Shown: one piece after another, positions 16,157 through 24,652 of the stretch | Position numbering within the stretch: the first letter of the stretch is position 1 | Layout of the letters: every line of letters starts with the position of its first letter | Source of the DNA: a virus | Lineage: Duplodnaviria; Caudoviricetes | IMG/VR virus record: IMGVR_UViG_3300050331_000106 | Location: 1-35,174 of that record | Length of the DNA: 35,174 nucleotides | Strand: one strand, 5' to 3' | Program-made: the position numbers and the translations under genes | Notes under the pieces: generated by a model | What the model was told of the DNA's origin: nothing | Databases searched by the model: none | The model's input: only the letters and a program-made list of their open reading frames with translations

Positions 16157-17812
16157 ATGGGGCTGTTCTCGTTCTTCAAGCGCGAATCCGCAGCAGACCG
16201 CCGCGAGTGGCTGGACAGCACGGTGCGCGCAGTGGCGAGCCAGGTGCAGGGCCGCATGGTGCAGGACATGCGTGCGGCCAAGCGATCGTTCGAGACCGCC
16301 GAGACGCCGGCCTACACCGAGTCGTGGTCGAGCTCGGCCGTGCACATCAATGAAGACCTGGCGCGCCAGCTGCCCACGCTGTGGGCGCGGTCGCTCGGGC
16401 TCGCCCGCAACAACGAGTGGGCGCAGCGCTACCTTATCGAGCTCGACGACAACGTGCTGGGCCCGAATGGCATCGCGCTGCAGATGCGCCTCGCCATCAC
16501 CCAGCGTGACGGCACCACGGTTCAGGACACCGCGCAGAACGCGCTGCTCGAATCCGCCTATGCCAAGTGGGGCGAAGAGGCCGACGAATCCGGGCTGCCC
16601 TGGTGCGAGGTTGAATCGCTGGCGCTCAACACGCTGGCGCGCAAGGGCGAGATCCTGATCCGCAACCGACCCGGCAGGGGCCCGATGGGCTTCCAGATCC
16701 AGCTGCTCGACCCGGCGTTGCTCGACGTGACGCTGAACCGCACCTGGGGCGGCAACCGCATCCGCATGGGCGTGGAGATCAACGACGCCGGCAAGCCGCT
16801 CGCCTACTGGCTGCAGATGACCAAGACCGGCGACGCGATGACCGGATACATCGCGGTCGGCCGCCACGTGCGCATTCCTGCCGCCGAGATCATCCATCAC
16901 TTCCTGGTGGAAGAGCCGGGCCAGCTGCGCGGGATTCCCTGGCTGACCGTCGGCGCGCGCCGGCTGTGGCTGACCCACGACTTCGAAGAGTCGGCCGCGG
17001 TGGCCAGCTCCAACGCGGCCAAGCGGCAGGGCTTTTTCTTCAGCCCCACCGGAGAGGCGCCGCCCGGGTTCGGCGACACCATCGTCAGTTCCGTGCTCGA
17101 GGCCGCCAAGGCCGCCGGCAAGGTGCTAACGCCGGACGAGATCCAGGCGATCACCGCCGCCGCCGAGAAGTACTCGACCACGGTGCCGGGCCAGTACGAC
17201 ACCCTGCCGATCGGCTACCAGTTCCAGGCGTTCGAGTCGGTGTGGCCGAACATCAACGCCGACACCTACATCAAGCAGCAGCTGCGCGGCTGGGCCGCCG
17301 CGCGCGGGATGAGCTACATCAGCCTCGGCAACGACCTCGAGGCGGTCAACTACTCCAGCGCGCAGGTCGGCATCATCGGCGAGCGCGAGCACCACAAGAA
17401 GACCCAGGTGCGCCTGAGGAACTGGCTGCACCGCGAAGTGTTCGCCGCCGCGCTGCCCTACCTGGTGCTCTCCACGCCCGGCCTCAAGACCGACCGCCTC
17501 GACGAATACCGCGAAGCCGCCACCTGGCAGCCGCGCCGCTGGGTGCCGATCGACCCGGTGAAGGCCGCCAACGCCAATGAGACCAACCTGCGCCTCAAGC
17601 TCACCAGCCGCCGCCGCCTGATCCTCGAGCGCGGCGAAGACCCGGACGAAGTGCTCGCCGAGGTCGCCGCCGAGGAGGCCACGTTCGGCCCGCTCGACGC
17701 CAACATGGTGGCAGCCGCGCCGCTGCCTCCCGATCCTGCCGAGCCTGCCACGCCCAGCAAATCCCGCCACCTGCATCTGGCCGCCACACGCGGCCTCATC
17801 GACGGAGACTGA
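16157..17812 (+). CDS. Portal protein (lambda family)
   Basis: ARSLGLARNN, IRMGVEINDAGKPLAYW, GQLRGIPW, VNYSSA, WVPIDPVK. Confidence 0.93.
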   Translation: MGLFSFFKRESAADRREWLDSTVRAVASQVQGRMVQDMRAAKRSFETAETPAYTESWSSSAVHINEDLARQLPTLWARSLGLARNNEWAQRYLIELDDNVLGPNGIALQMRLAITQRDGTTVQDTAQNALLESAYAKWGEEADESGLPWCEVESLALNTLARKGEILIRNRPGRGPMGFQIQLLDPALLDVTLNRTWGGNRIRMGVEINDAGKPLAYWLQMTKTGDAMTGYIAVGRHVRIPAAEIIHHFLVEEPGQLRGIPWLTVGARRLWLTHDFEESAAVASSNAAKRQGFFFSPTGEAPPGFGDTIVSSVLEAAKAAGKVLTPDEIQAITAAAEKYSTTVPGQYDTLPIGYQFQAFESVWPNINADTYIKQQLRGWAAARGMSYISLGNDLEAVNYSSAQVGIIGEREHHKKTQVRLRNWLHREVFAAALPYLVLSTPGLKTDRLDEYREAATWQPRRWVPIDPVKAANANETNLRLKLTSRRRLILERGEDPDEVLAEVAAEEATFGPLDANMVAAAPLPPDPAEPATPSKSRHLHLAATRGLIDGD

Positions 17813-17816
17813 ACCG

Positions 17817-19892
17817 ATGACACAAGAACCCACCCGCCAGCGCATCGACGGCAACCTGTCGCGCAGCCTGCCGGCCACGCTGACCATCCGCGCGCCCGAT
17901 GCCGCCGAATCCGACCAGCCCGCCGACACCCTGCTGCGGCTGCGCCTCTCGGTGTCGTCCGAGGAACCGTACCTGCGCAGCAGCTGGTGGGACGAGCCGT
18001 GGATCGAGGTGCTCGGCCACAAGAAAAACGAGATCAATCTCGACCGCCTGAACGGCGGCGCCGCCGTACTCGCCAACCACGACCGCGTCACCGCCGTGGG
18101 CGACACGCCGCTGGCCAGCATCGGCGTGGTGGAGAAGGCCTGGATCGAAGGCAACCGCCTGATGGCCGACCTCATCATCAGCCGCCGCGAGGCGCTGGCC
18201 GACCTGCGCCTGGACATCGCCGACGGCCTGATCCGCAACGTGTCGATCGGCTACCAGATCGGCGAGCGCGTGCTCACCAAGACCAACGGCGACGGCCAGG
18301 CTGACGAATACCGCGTCACCAACTGGACGCCCTTTGAAATCAGCCTGGTGGACATCCCGGCCGACGCCACCGTCGGTCTCGGACGCCAGGCCCCCGAGCA
18401 AGATTCGCCGCGTTACCGCGTGGTCGATTTGCCCAACCCCGGCGCCGCCGGTTCCACCTCCGTTTCCTTGAAAGGGAAAACCATGTCTGAAATCATCACC
18501 GACCCGGCGCCGGTCACTGCACCTGTCGCCACCCGTTCCATCGAAGTCATGCCCGGCAGCGACCCCCTCGCCGCCGAGCGCGAGCGGATGAAGGAAATCC
18601 GCGCCATCGGCCGCCAGCACAACATGGCCGACCTGGCCGACCGCGCCATCGACGCCGGCACCAGCGTCGACGCCTTCCGCGCCCAGGCCCTGCAGCGCCT
18701 GACCGACGCCGGCGTTCTGCGCCCGGCCGAATCGCCCGAGATCGGCATGAGCCGCAAGGACGTCGAGCAGTTCTCCTTCTGCCGCGTCATGCTGGCCGCT
18801 GCCGACCCGATGAACGCCGCGCGCATCGCGCCGTTCGAGATGGAAGCCAGCCGCGCCGCGCAGGACCGCCGCGGCGACTCGCGCAAGGATCGCGAGCACG
18901 CGATCACCGTGCCGGCCGACGTGCTGTCGCGCGCCATGGCGCTGTCGCCTGAGATGCTGTCTTCCGCCCAGCGCATGCTGATGGCGCAACGCGACCTCAC
19001 CGTCGGCGCGCCCACCGGCGGCGGCAACCTGGTCGCTACCGACCTGCTCGGCGCCTCGTTCATCGACCTGTTGCGCAACGCGATGGTACTCGACCGCCTG
19101 GGCATCACCTGGCTGCGTGACCTGAACGGCAACATCGCCATCCCGTCGCAGTCCGGCGCCGCCACCGGCTACTGGGTTGCTGAGAACGGCGCGCCGACCG
19201 AGAGCCAGCAGACCGTCGGCCAGGTCACCCTGACGCCGAAGACCGTCGGCGCCTTCACCGACTTCAGCCGCCGCCTGCTGCTGCAGTCGAGCCTCGACGT
19301 CGAGGCCTTCGTGCGCGCCGACCTCGCCGCCACGCTGGGCCAGATGCTGCAGGCCGCAGCGATCAACGGCAGCGGCGCGTCCAACGAGCCGCGCGGCATC
19401 CTCAACACCAGCGGCATTGGCGCTGTGGTCGGCGGCACCAACGGCCTCGCGCCGGCCTATACCCACATGGTCGACCTGGAAAGCGCGGTGGCCAACGCCA
19501 ACGCCGACATGGGCAACCTCGCCTACCTGACCAACACCAAGGTGCGCGGCACGCTGCGCAAGACGCAGGAATTCGCCACCACCAACGGCAAGCCGGTGTG
19601 GACCTCCGGCGGCCAGGCCGGCGTCGGCGACGTGCTCGGCTACCAGGCGCTCACCAGCAACAGCGTGCCGAGCAATCTGACCCAGGGCACGTCGGTCGGC
19701 GTCTGCTCGGCGATGATCTTCGGCAACTGGTCCGAGCTGATCATCGGCATGTGGGGCGGCCTCGACATCATGCTCGACCCCTACACGGGTTCGAGCGCCG
19801 GCACCAAGCGCGTCGTCGCGCTGCAGGACGTCGACGTGGCCCTGCGCCGCGCCGCATCCTTCGGCGCGTTCAAGGACATCCTGACCGCCTAA
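17817..19892 (+). CDS. Fused prohead protease and major capsid protein (HK97 fold)
   Basis: N-terminal VLANHD...RNVSIGY...PFEISLVDIPAD protease; C-terminal GGNLVATD, YWVAENG, LTPKTVG, IFGNWS capsid. Confidence 0.92.
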   Translation: MTQEPTRQRIDGNLSRSLPATLTIRAPDAAESDQPADTLLRLRLSVSSEEPYLRSSWWDEPWIEVLGHKKNEINLDRLNGGAAVLANHDRVTAVGDTPLASIGVVEKAWIEGNRLMADLIISRREALADLRLDIADGLIRNVSIGYQIGERVLTKTNGDGQADEYRVTNWTPFEISLVDIPADATVGLGRQAPEQDSPRYRVVDLPNPGAAGSTSVSLKGKTMSEIITDPAPVTAPVATRSIEVMPGSDPLAAERERMKEIRAIGRQHNMADLADRAIDAGTSVDAFRAQALQRLTDAGVLRPAESPEIGMSRKDVEQFSFCRVMLAAADPMNAARIAPFEMEASRAAQDRRGDSRKDREHAITVPADVLSRAMALSPEMLSSAQRMLMAQRDLTVGAPTGGGNLVATDLLGASFIDLLRNAMVLDRLGITWLRDLNGNIAIPSQSGAATGYWVAENGAPTESQQTVGQVTLTPKTVGAFTDFSRRLLLQSSLDVEAFVRADLAATLGQMLQAAAINGSGASNEPRGILNTSGIGAVVGGTNGLAPAYTHMVDLESAVANANADMGNLAYLTNTKVRGTLRKTQEFATTNGKPVWTSGGQAGVGDVLGYQALTSNSVPSNLTQGTSVGVCSAMIFGNWSELIIGMWGGLDIMLDPYTGSSAGTKRVVALQDVDVALRRAASFGAFKDILTA

Positions 19893-19953
19893 ACCAACCC
19901 CGTAGCCTGGCCCGCGAGGGCTGGGCTGCACCATCGTTCAAGGAGTAAAAAAC

Positions 19954-20241
19954 ATGCCCAAGATGCTCGTCACCGATGCCTGTATCGTCAACTACGGAGA
20001 CGACCGCGGCGGCGTCGCGGAACCCTCCGGGAAAGTGGTCGAAGTGACCAAGGACACCGCGCGCGATCTGATCGCCGCCAACCGCGCGCTCTACGTCGCC
20101 AAAACCGACGACCCCGACAAGCGCGGCCTCTATACCGCCAGCGCCGAAATGATCAAGGCCGCCGCCGACATGCGCAAGGCCGCAGCAGCGGCCGAGAAGG
20201 GTCAGGATCCCGCGGGCGGCCCCACGCCTCCCGCCCAGTAA
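19954..20241 (+). CDS. Small head-associated hypothetical protein
   Basis: AAGGAG RBS; follows the capsid gene. Confidence 0.75.
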   Translation: MPKMLVTDACIVNYGDDRGGVAEPSGKVVEVTKDTARDLIAANRALYVAKTDDPDKRGLYTASAEMIKAAADMRKAAAAAEKGQDPAGGPTPPAQ

Positions 20242-20377
20242 ATCCGCGCCACCAGAGCGTGCAGCCAGCAGCACATCCTGCACGACTCTCTCCTCCCCGG
20301 TAACGGGGAGGGCAATGGCATGGCGCGCCGCCTCGTCTGCCGCCATGCCATTGCCATAACAACCCCAGGAGCGGCCC

Positions 20378-22192
20378 ATGGCACGCCAACCAATCAACCG
20401 CGGCACCGCCGCCGGCGACGGCACCGGCGATAGCCTGTTTGCCGCCTTCACCAAGGTCAACGCCAACGAGACCGAGCTGTATGCATCGAAGACAGAGACG
20501 GCAGCGACCTCTGCCGGGTTTCCGGTCACCGGCGAGACGACGAAGATCTATATCGCGCTCGACACGGGTGTCACCTACCGCTGGACCGGGAGCGTGTACC
20601 AGGCGCTCGCACTGGCGCCGTCGTTCGACCTGAGCGGCGCACTGTCCGGGCTGGTCGGCCCCGACGGCACGGTGTACCCGATGCCGATCGAGCCGGTCGA
20701 CGACATCGGCGTCGCCGGCAGACAGGGCTTCGGCGTCGGTATCTGCCCGACGCTGCCGTCCGGCTACGCGCCGCTAGCCGGATATACCGACCCCGCCAGC
20801 GACAACTACGGAAACTACCAGTATTCCGACGGCTCGGTGATGGTGTGGGTACCCGCCTTCTACTATCGCATCGGCGCGGTCGACAGCCCCAACTACGCCA
20901 CCTATGCCGGCAACGCCATCGACATCGCGGGGTATTCCGCGTTCGCCGACGTCGCCACCGCCAACGCCAACGGCTACGCGCTGCACCGCGCGTTCTACGA
21001 TGGCGGCGCGATCCAGGCGGGGTTCTTCGTCGACAAGTACGAGGCCAGCAACAACGGCGGCGTGGCGAGCTCGATCAAGAACGGCAACCCGCTGTCGACC
21101 AACAGCGCGCACAACCCGATCGGCAGCCTCACCGGCCTGGTCGCAGGCGACAACATCTACGGCGGAGTGTTCAAGGCGGCCAAGACGCGAGGCACGGCGT
21201 TCTTCCCGCTGATGCGCTACCAGTTCGCAGCGCTCGCGCTGCTGGCCACCGCGCACGGCCAAGCCGCGACGACCACCTCCTGGTGCGCCTGGTACGACCC
21301 GGCGCTGGTCAAGAACTTCGTCAAGGGCAACAACAACAATGCCCTCAAGGATGGAAACGACACCACCGTCGTGTACGTGTCTGATGGCTATCCCAACTGC
21401 GGAAAAACCGGCAGCGCCACGCCGTTCAGCAAAACCACCCACAACGGCCAGGCCAGCGGAATCGCCGATCTGAACGGCAACATGTGGGAAGTCAGCCCCG
21501 GCCTCACCTGCGTCTCCGGTACGGTCAACATCACCGCCGCCACCCAGGCCAACCCGGTCGCCATCACCGCCGCCGGCCACGGCCGCGCCACCGGCGACAT
21601 CGTGCAGATCGGCAGCGTGGTCGGCATGACGCAGATCAACGACAAGCTCTTCGCCGTCACCGTGGTAGACGCCAACAACTTCACGCTCAACGGCGTGGAC
21701 GGCACCGCCTTCACCGCGTACTCAAGCGGAGGCACCGTAACCTACGGCACGTTCTACGCGCTTTCCACCGCCTACGCGGCCAAGAACCTGACCGGCGGCA
21801 ACACGCTCGCCACCGACCAATTCGGCGCCATCGGCGTAGCGGCGCACAGCGTCGCGCTGCCGATGACGTTCCGCACGGATTACAGCCAGAACGGCTTCGA
21901 CAAGCGCTTCGGCCGCAGCGCCAACGCCGTGCTAGATGCCGCCACCAGCGGCGACGGCTGGGCGCGTACTGCGCTCGGGCTGCCGCTGGCCGGCGGGATC
22001 TCGGACGGAGCGAGCGGATCAAACCTATTCGGCATCGATCAGTTTTACCAGTATGTGCGCAACGAGCTGTGTCCGATCGCCGGTGAAAACTGGAACACCT
22101 CGTCGGCTGCCGGCGTGTGGGCGGTGCATTGCAGTTACTACCGCGGGTATTCGAGCGTCACTGTCGGATTTCGGTGCGCCTCGTTTCTTTGA
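20378..22192 (+). CDS. DGR target protein: fibre/adhesin with C-type-lectin (FGE-like) fold and C-terminal variable region
   Basis: N-terminal GDGTGDSLFAAFTKVNAN fibre-type motif; FFVDKYEAS, GIADLNGNMWEV, terminal VGFRCA CLec motifs; VR in the last 40 codons. Confidence 0.92.
   Translation: MARQPINRGTAAGDGTGDSLFAAFTKVNANETELYASKTETAATSAGFPVTGETTKIYIALDTGVTYRWTGSVYQALALAPSFDLSGALSGLVGPDGTVYPMPIEPVDDIGVAGRQGFGVGICPTLPSGYAPLAGYTDPASDNYGNYQYSDGSVMVWVPAFYYRIGAVDSPNYATYAGNAIDIAGYSAFADVATANANGYALHRAFYDGGAIQAGFFVDKYEASNNGGVASSIKNGNPLSTNSAHNPIGSLTGLVAGDNIYGGVFKAAKTRGTAFFPLMRYQFAALALLATAHGQAATTTSWCAWYDPALVKNFVKGNNNNALKDGNDTTVVYVSDGYPNCGKTGSATPFSKTTHNGQASGIADLNGNMWEVSPGLTCVSGTVNITAATQANPVAITAAGHGRATGDIVQIGSVVGMTQINDKLFAVTVVDANNFTLNGVDGTAFTAYSSGGTVTYGTFYALSTAYAAKNLTGGNTLATDQFGAIGVAAHSVALPMTFRTDYSQNGFDKRFGRSANAVLDAATSGDGWARTALGLPLAGGISDGASGSNLFGIDQFYQYVRNELCPIAGENWNTSSAAGVWAVHCSYYRGYSSVTVGFRCASFL
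22066..22182 (+). repeat. DGR variable repeat (VR)
   Basis: 117-nt ungapped match to 22623-22739 with 13 mismatches, 12 at TR adenines. Confidence 0.97.
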
Positions 22193-22214
22193 GCCCTGAG
22201 CGATAGCGATGGGC
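22193..22214 (+). other. Hairpin downstream of VR/IMH
   Basis: GCCC-T-GA-GC-(GATA)-GC-GA-T-GGGC imperfect stem directly after the target stop codon. Confidence 0.55.
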
Positions 22215-22619
22215 CTGCATTCAGAAGCGCAGCTCGACCGCAGGTTCGTGGAGATGGTGCGTCTGCTCAACACGTACCTCAACCACTTTCCGAAGCACGA
22301 GAAGTACGGGCTTGCGCTCGAGATCAGGCGCGCGGCCTACGACGCCTACGGGCTGATCGTCGAGTCGCAGAAGCGCTATCACAAGAAGACCACGCTCGCC
22401 AGCCTGGACATCCGCCACGAGCAGCTGCGGATGTTCCTGCGCCTGGCGCACGAGCTGGGTTATTTTGCATTCAAGGACGGAAGGGTCGCGGCGGTTTCGC
22501 CGGAGGCCATGATGTCCGAGAAGCGGTATCTCGCCATCTCGTCGCTCGTCGACGAGATTGGCAGGATGATCGGTGGCTGGATCTCGGCCGACCATGAGAA
22601 GCAACGGGAAGCGTCTTGA
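22209..22619 (+). CDS. avd: DGR accessory variability determinant
   Basis: FPKHEKYGLALEIR...LDIRHEQLRMFLRLAHELGY...EIGRMIGGW four-helix-bundle signature; located between VR and TR. Confidence 0.93.
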   Translation: MGLHSEAQLDRRFVEMVRLLNTYLNHFPKHEKYGLALEIRRAAYDAYGLIVESQKRYHKKTTLASLDIRHEQLRMFLRLAHELGYFAFKDGRVAAVSPEAMMSEKRYLAISSLVDEIGRMIGGWISADHEKQREAS

Positions 22620-22622
22620 TAT

Positions 22623-22739
22623 GCTGTGTCCGATCGCCGGTGGAAACTGGAACAACTCGTCGAATGCCGGCGTGTGGGCGGTGAATTGCAATAACAACCG
22701 CGGGAATTCGAACGACAATGTCGGATTTCGGTGCGACTC
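22623..22739 (+). ncRNA. DGR template repeat (TR)
   Basis: Copy of VR carrying 11 AAY codons (27 adenines), between avd and RT. Confidence 0.96.
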
Positions 22740-22868
22740 TAGATCACCTCGAACCTGGAAACAGGATGGTGGAAAAGAGGGAGACGCTTTCCGGCCTTGG
22801 GCGAAATCGTTTTGCCGGCCGCTTTCCAGTAGGTGCCGTGTTGCACCCGACCGTCAGCGTTCCGGATC

Positions 22869-23888
22869 ATGAAGCGCCACGGCAACCTTTTCGAGCGCGC
22901 GTTCAGCCAGGAGAACCTATACGCCTCCTATCTCGACGCCAGGAAGAATAAGCGCGCGACCCGCTCGTGCTTCGCGTTCGAAAAGCGCCTCGGCGCCGGC
23001 CTTTCCGAGCTGCACGAAGCGCTGCACACCGGAACCTACGCGCCGCTTCCATACAACACCTTCCGCGTCCATGAGCCGAAGCCGCGCCTGATCCACGCGC
23101 CGGCCTTTTGCGACCGCGTGGTGCAGCATGCGATCTACCGCGTGATCCAGCCGATCTTCGACGCCAGCTTCATCGACCAGAGCTTTGCCTGCCGCCCAGG
23201 CAAAGGCACGCACGCCGCTTCCGACTACGTTCAGCACGCGCTCGCGCAGGTTCCGCGCGACAGCTACCTGCTGCAGCTTGACATCCGCAGGTTCTACTAC
23301 AGCATCGACCGCGCCATCCTGCGGTGCCTGATCGAGCGCAAGCTCAAGGACGTGCGCCTGGTCGAGGTGATGATGCTGTTCGCCGAGACGGGAGATCCGG
23401 TCGGCGTGCCGATCGGCAACCTGTTGAGCCAGCTCTACGCGCTGATCTACCTGAATCCGCTCGACCACTACGTGAAACGCGATCTCAGGGTGCGCTACTA
23501 CGCGCGCTACGTGGACGACTTCATCCTGGTAGGAATCGGCCGCGAGCAGGCGCTGTCCGCGCGCGCCGAGATCGTCGATTTCCTGGCCGATCGCCTGCAC
23601 CTGGAGCTGTCGAAAAGCATCATCCAGCGCGTGACGCGCGGCGCGAACTTCGTCGGCTACCGCACCTGGTCGACCCGCAGCTTCGTGCGCAAGCACGCGC
23701 TCTACACCTTCCGCCGCGCCGCTGTGCGCGGCGCGCTTGAATCCGTCGTTTCGTCACTGGGGCATGCCCGCCGGACTGCATCGTGCGTCCACATGCTCCG
23801 CCACCTGGAGAACCACCATGCCGACCTCTATCGTCGCCTACCGCAAGGCCTACGACCAGTATTCCACCTACCAGCTCGACGCGCCTGA
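22869..23888 (+). CDS. brt: DGR reverse transcriptase
   Basis: KPRLIHAPAFCDRVVQHA, LQLDIRRFY, GVPIGNLLSQ (DGR-type), RYVDDF, NFVGY; ATG 22869. Confidence 0.96.
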   Translation: MKRHGNLFERAFSQENLYASYLDARKNKRATRSCFAFEKRLGAGLSELHEALHTGTYAPLPYNTFRVHEPKPRLIHAPAFCDRVVQHAIYRVIQPIFDASFIDQSFACRPGKGTHAASDYVQHALAQVPRDSYLLQLDIRRFYYSIDRAILRCLIERKLKDVRLVEVMMLFAETGDPVGVPIGNLLSQLYALIYLNPLDHYVKRDLRVRYYARYVDDFILVGIGREQALSARAEIVDFLADRLHLELSKSIIQRVTRGANFVGYRTWSTRSFVRKHALYTFRRAAVRGALESVVSSLGHARRTASCVHMLRHLENHHADLYRRLPQGLRPVFHLPARRA

Positions 23889-24258
23889 AGGCTCGAACGA
23901 GCTGTGCACGCTGGACGGGGTGACCTACGTCGCCGTTCCTGACGCCACGCTGCTGCCAGCCCAGCCTGTGCAGATCTCCGCCGGCATCGCGGTGGTCGTG
24001 CCGGACGCAGTCCTGGCGTCCGCTATCAAGGCCGCCAGCCCGCACGTGCAGCTGATCGACCAGCGGATGCGCGAGATGATTCGGGCGCAGTACGACCTGG
24101 AGACCGAGCTTAAATTCGCCCGGTTCGCCGGCGGTGCCGCGATGGGGATGTACCAGCCGACCGTCGACGAGGTGAACGAGCTGACGGTGTACGGCCAGTT
24201 CGTAGAGGGAATCCGCCAGTGGGGCCGCGCCGAGCGGGCGAAACTCGGCCTTTCATGA
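23818..24258 (+). CDS. DGR-associated hypothetical protein
   Basis: GGAG RBS, MPTSIVAYRK..., overlaps the RT 3' end by 71 nt. Confidence 0.7.
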   Translation: MPTSIVAYRKAYDQYSTYQLDAPEGSNELCTLDGVTYVAVPDATLLPAQPVQISAGIAVVVPDAVLASAIKAASPHVQLIDQRMREMIRAQYDLETELKFARFAGGAAMGMYQPTVDEVNELTVYGQFVEGIRQWGRAERAKLGLS

Positions 24259-24277
24259 TCCGGTTGCCGCCGCCTAC

Positions 24278-24299
24278 AGCCGCCTGCGGGCGGCTTTTT
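24278..24299 (+). terminator. Intrinsic terminator at the end of the DGR cassette
   Basis: AGCCGCC-TGCG-GGCGGCT-TTTT. Confidence 0.75.
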
Positions 24300-24304
24300 C
24301 ATGC

Positions 24305-24360
24305 GCGAAATTCCTTGCCTACAAATTTCGCCCCCCGCCTGCCACGCTGGCAGGCATGGA
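24305..24360 (+). promoter_or_regulatory. Putative late promoter, copy 2 of the 56-bp exact repeat
   Basis: Identical to 15538-15593. Confidence 0.7.
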
Positions 24361-24652
24361 CTTCTCCGACCTTTCCCCGTTCTACGCCGACTTCGGCGAG
24401 CAGGTCACGCACACCCCCCTGGTGGGCACGCCCGCCAGCGGCCAGGCGCTGTTCGATCGCCCCGGCACCGCCATCGTCGGCGGGGAGATTCTCGCCACCG
24501 ACTATGCCCTGCGGTACCCGGCCACCACCTTCCAGGCGGTGAAGCGCGGAGACCAGTTCACCATCGGCGGCGTCAGCTACACCGCGCGCGAGTCCGCGCA
24601 GCCAGCCACCCTCGACGGCCTCGAGCACATCGTGCCGTTGGCCCGCTCATGA
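24356..24652 (+). CDS. Head-tail joining protein (gpFII-like)
   Basis: Size, position, VKRGDQFTIGGVSY pattern. Confidence 0.7.
   Translation: MDFSDLSPFYADFGEQVTHTPLVGTPASGQALFDRPGTAIVGGEILATDYALRYPATTFQAVKRGDQFTIGGVSYTARESAQPATLDGLEHIVPLARS

Larger units (their letters stand above)
20378..24299 (+). mobile_element. Diversity-generating retroelement (DGR) cassette
   Basis: Target(VR)-hairpin-avd-TR-RT-accessory ORF-terminator; adenine-specific TR/VR mismatches. Confidence 0.97.

Noticed and set aside
19903-19929. Terminator after the capsid gene
   Set aside because: A GC-rich stem is present but there is no U tract. It may be a stability or pause hairpin, so it is not called a terminator.
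9231-19934. Long minus-strand ORFs (9231-11498, 12908-15376, 17796-19934)
   Set aside because: Antisense shadows of high-GC genes with clear plus-strand motifs.
22573-22872. 99-aa ORF spanning TR (Asn-rich)
   Set aside because: It is the translation of the template repeat plus spacer, which act as RNA in DGRs. The openness comes from homology to VR.
22869-23888. Group II intron, retron or Abi-type RT
   Set aside because: Short RT without maturase/endonuclease domains, with the SQ motif, and with avd and TR/VR adjacent.
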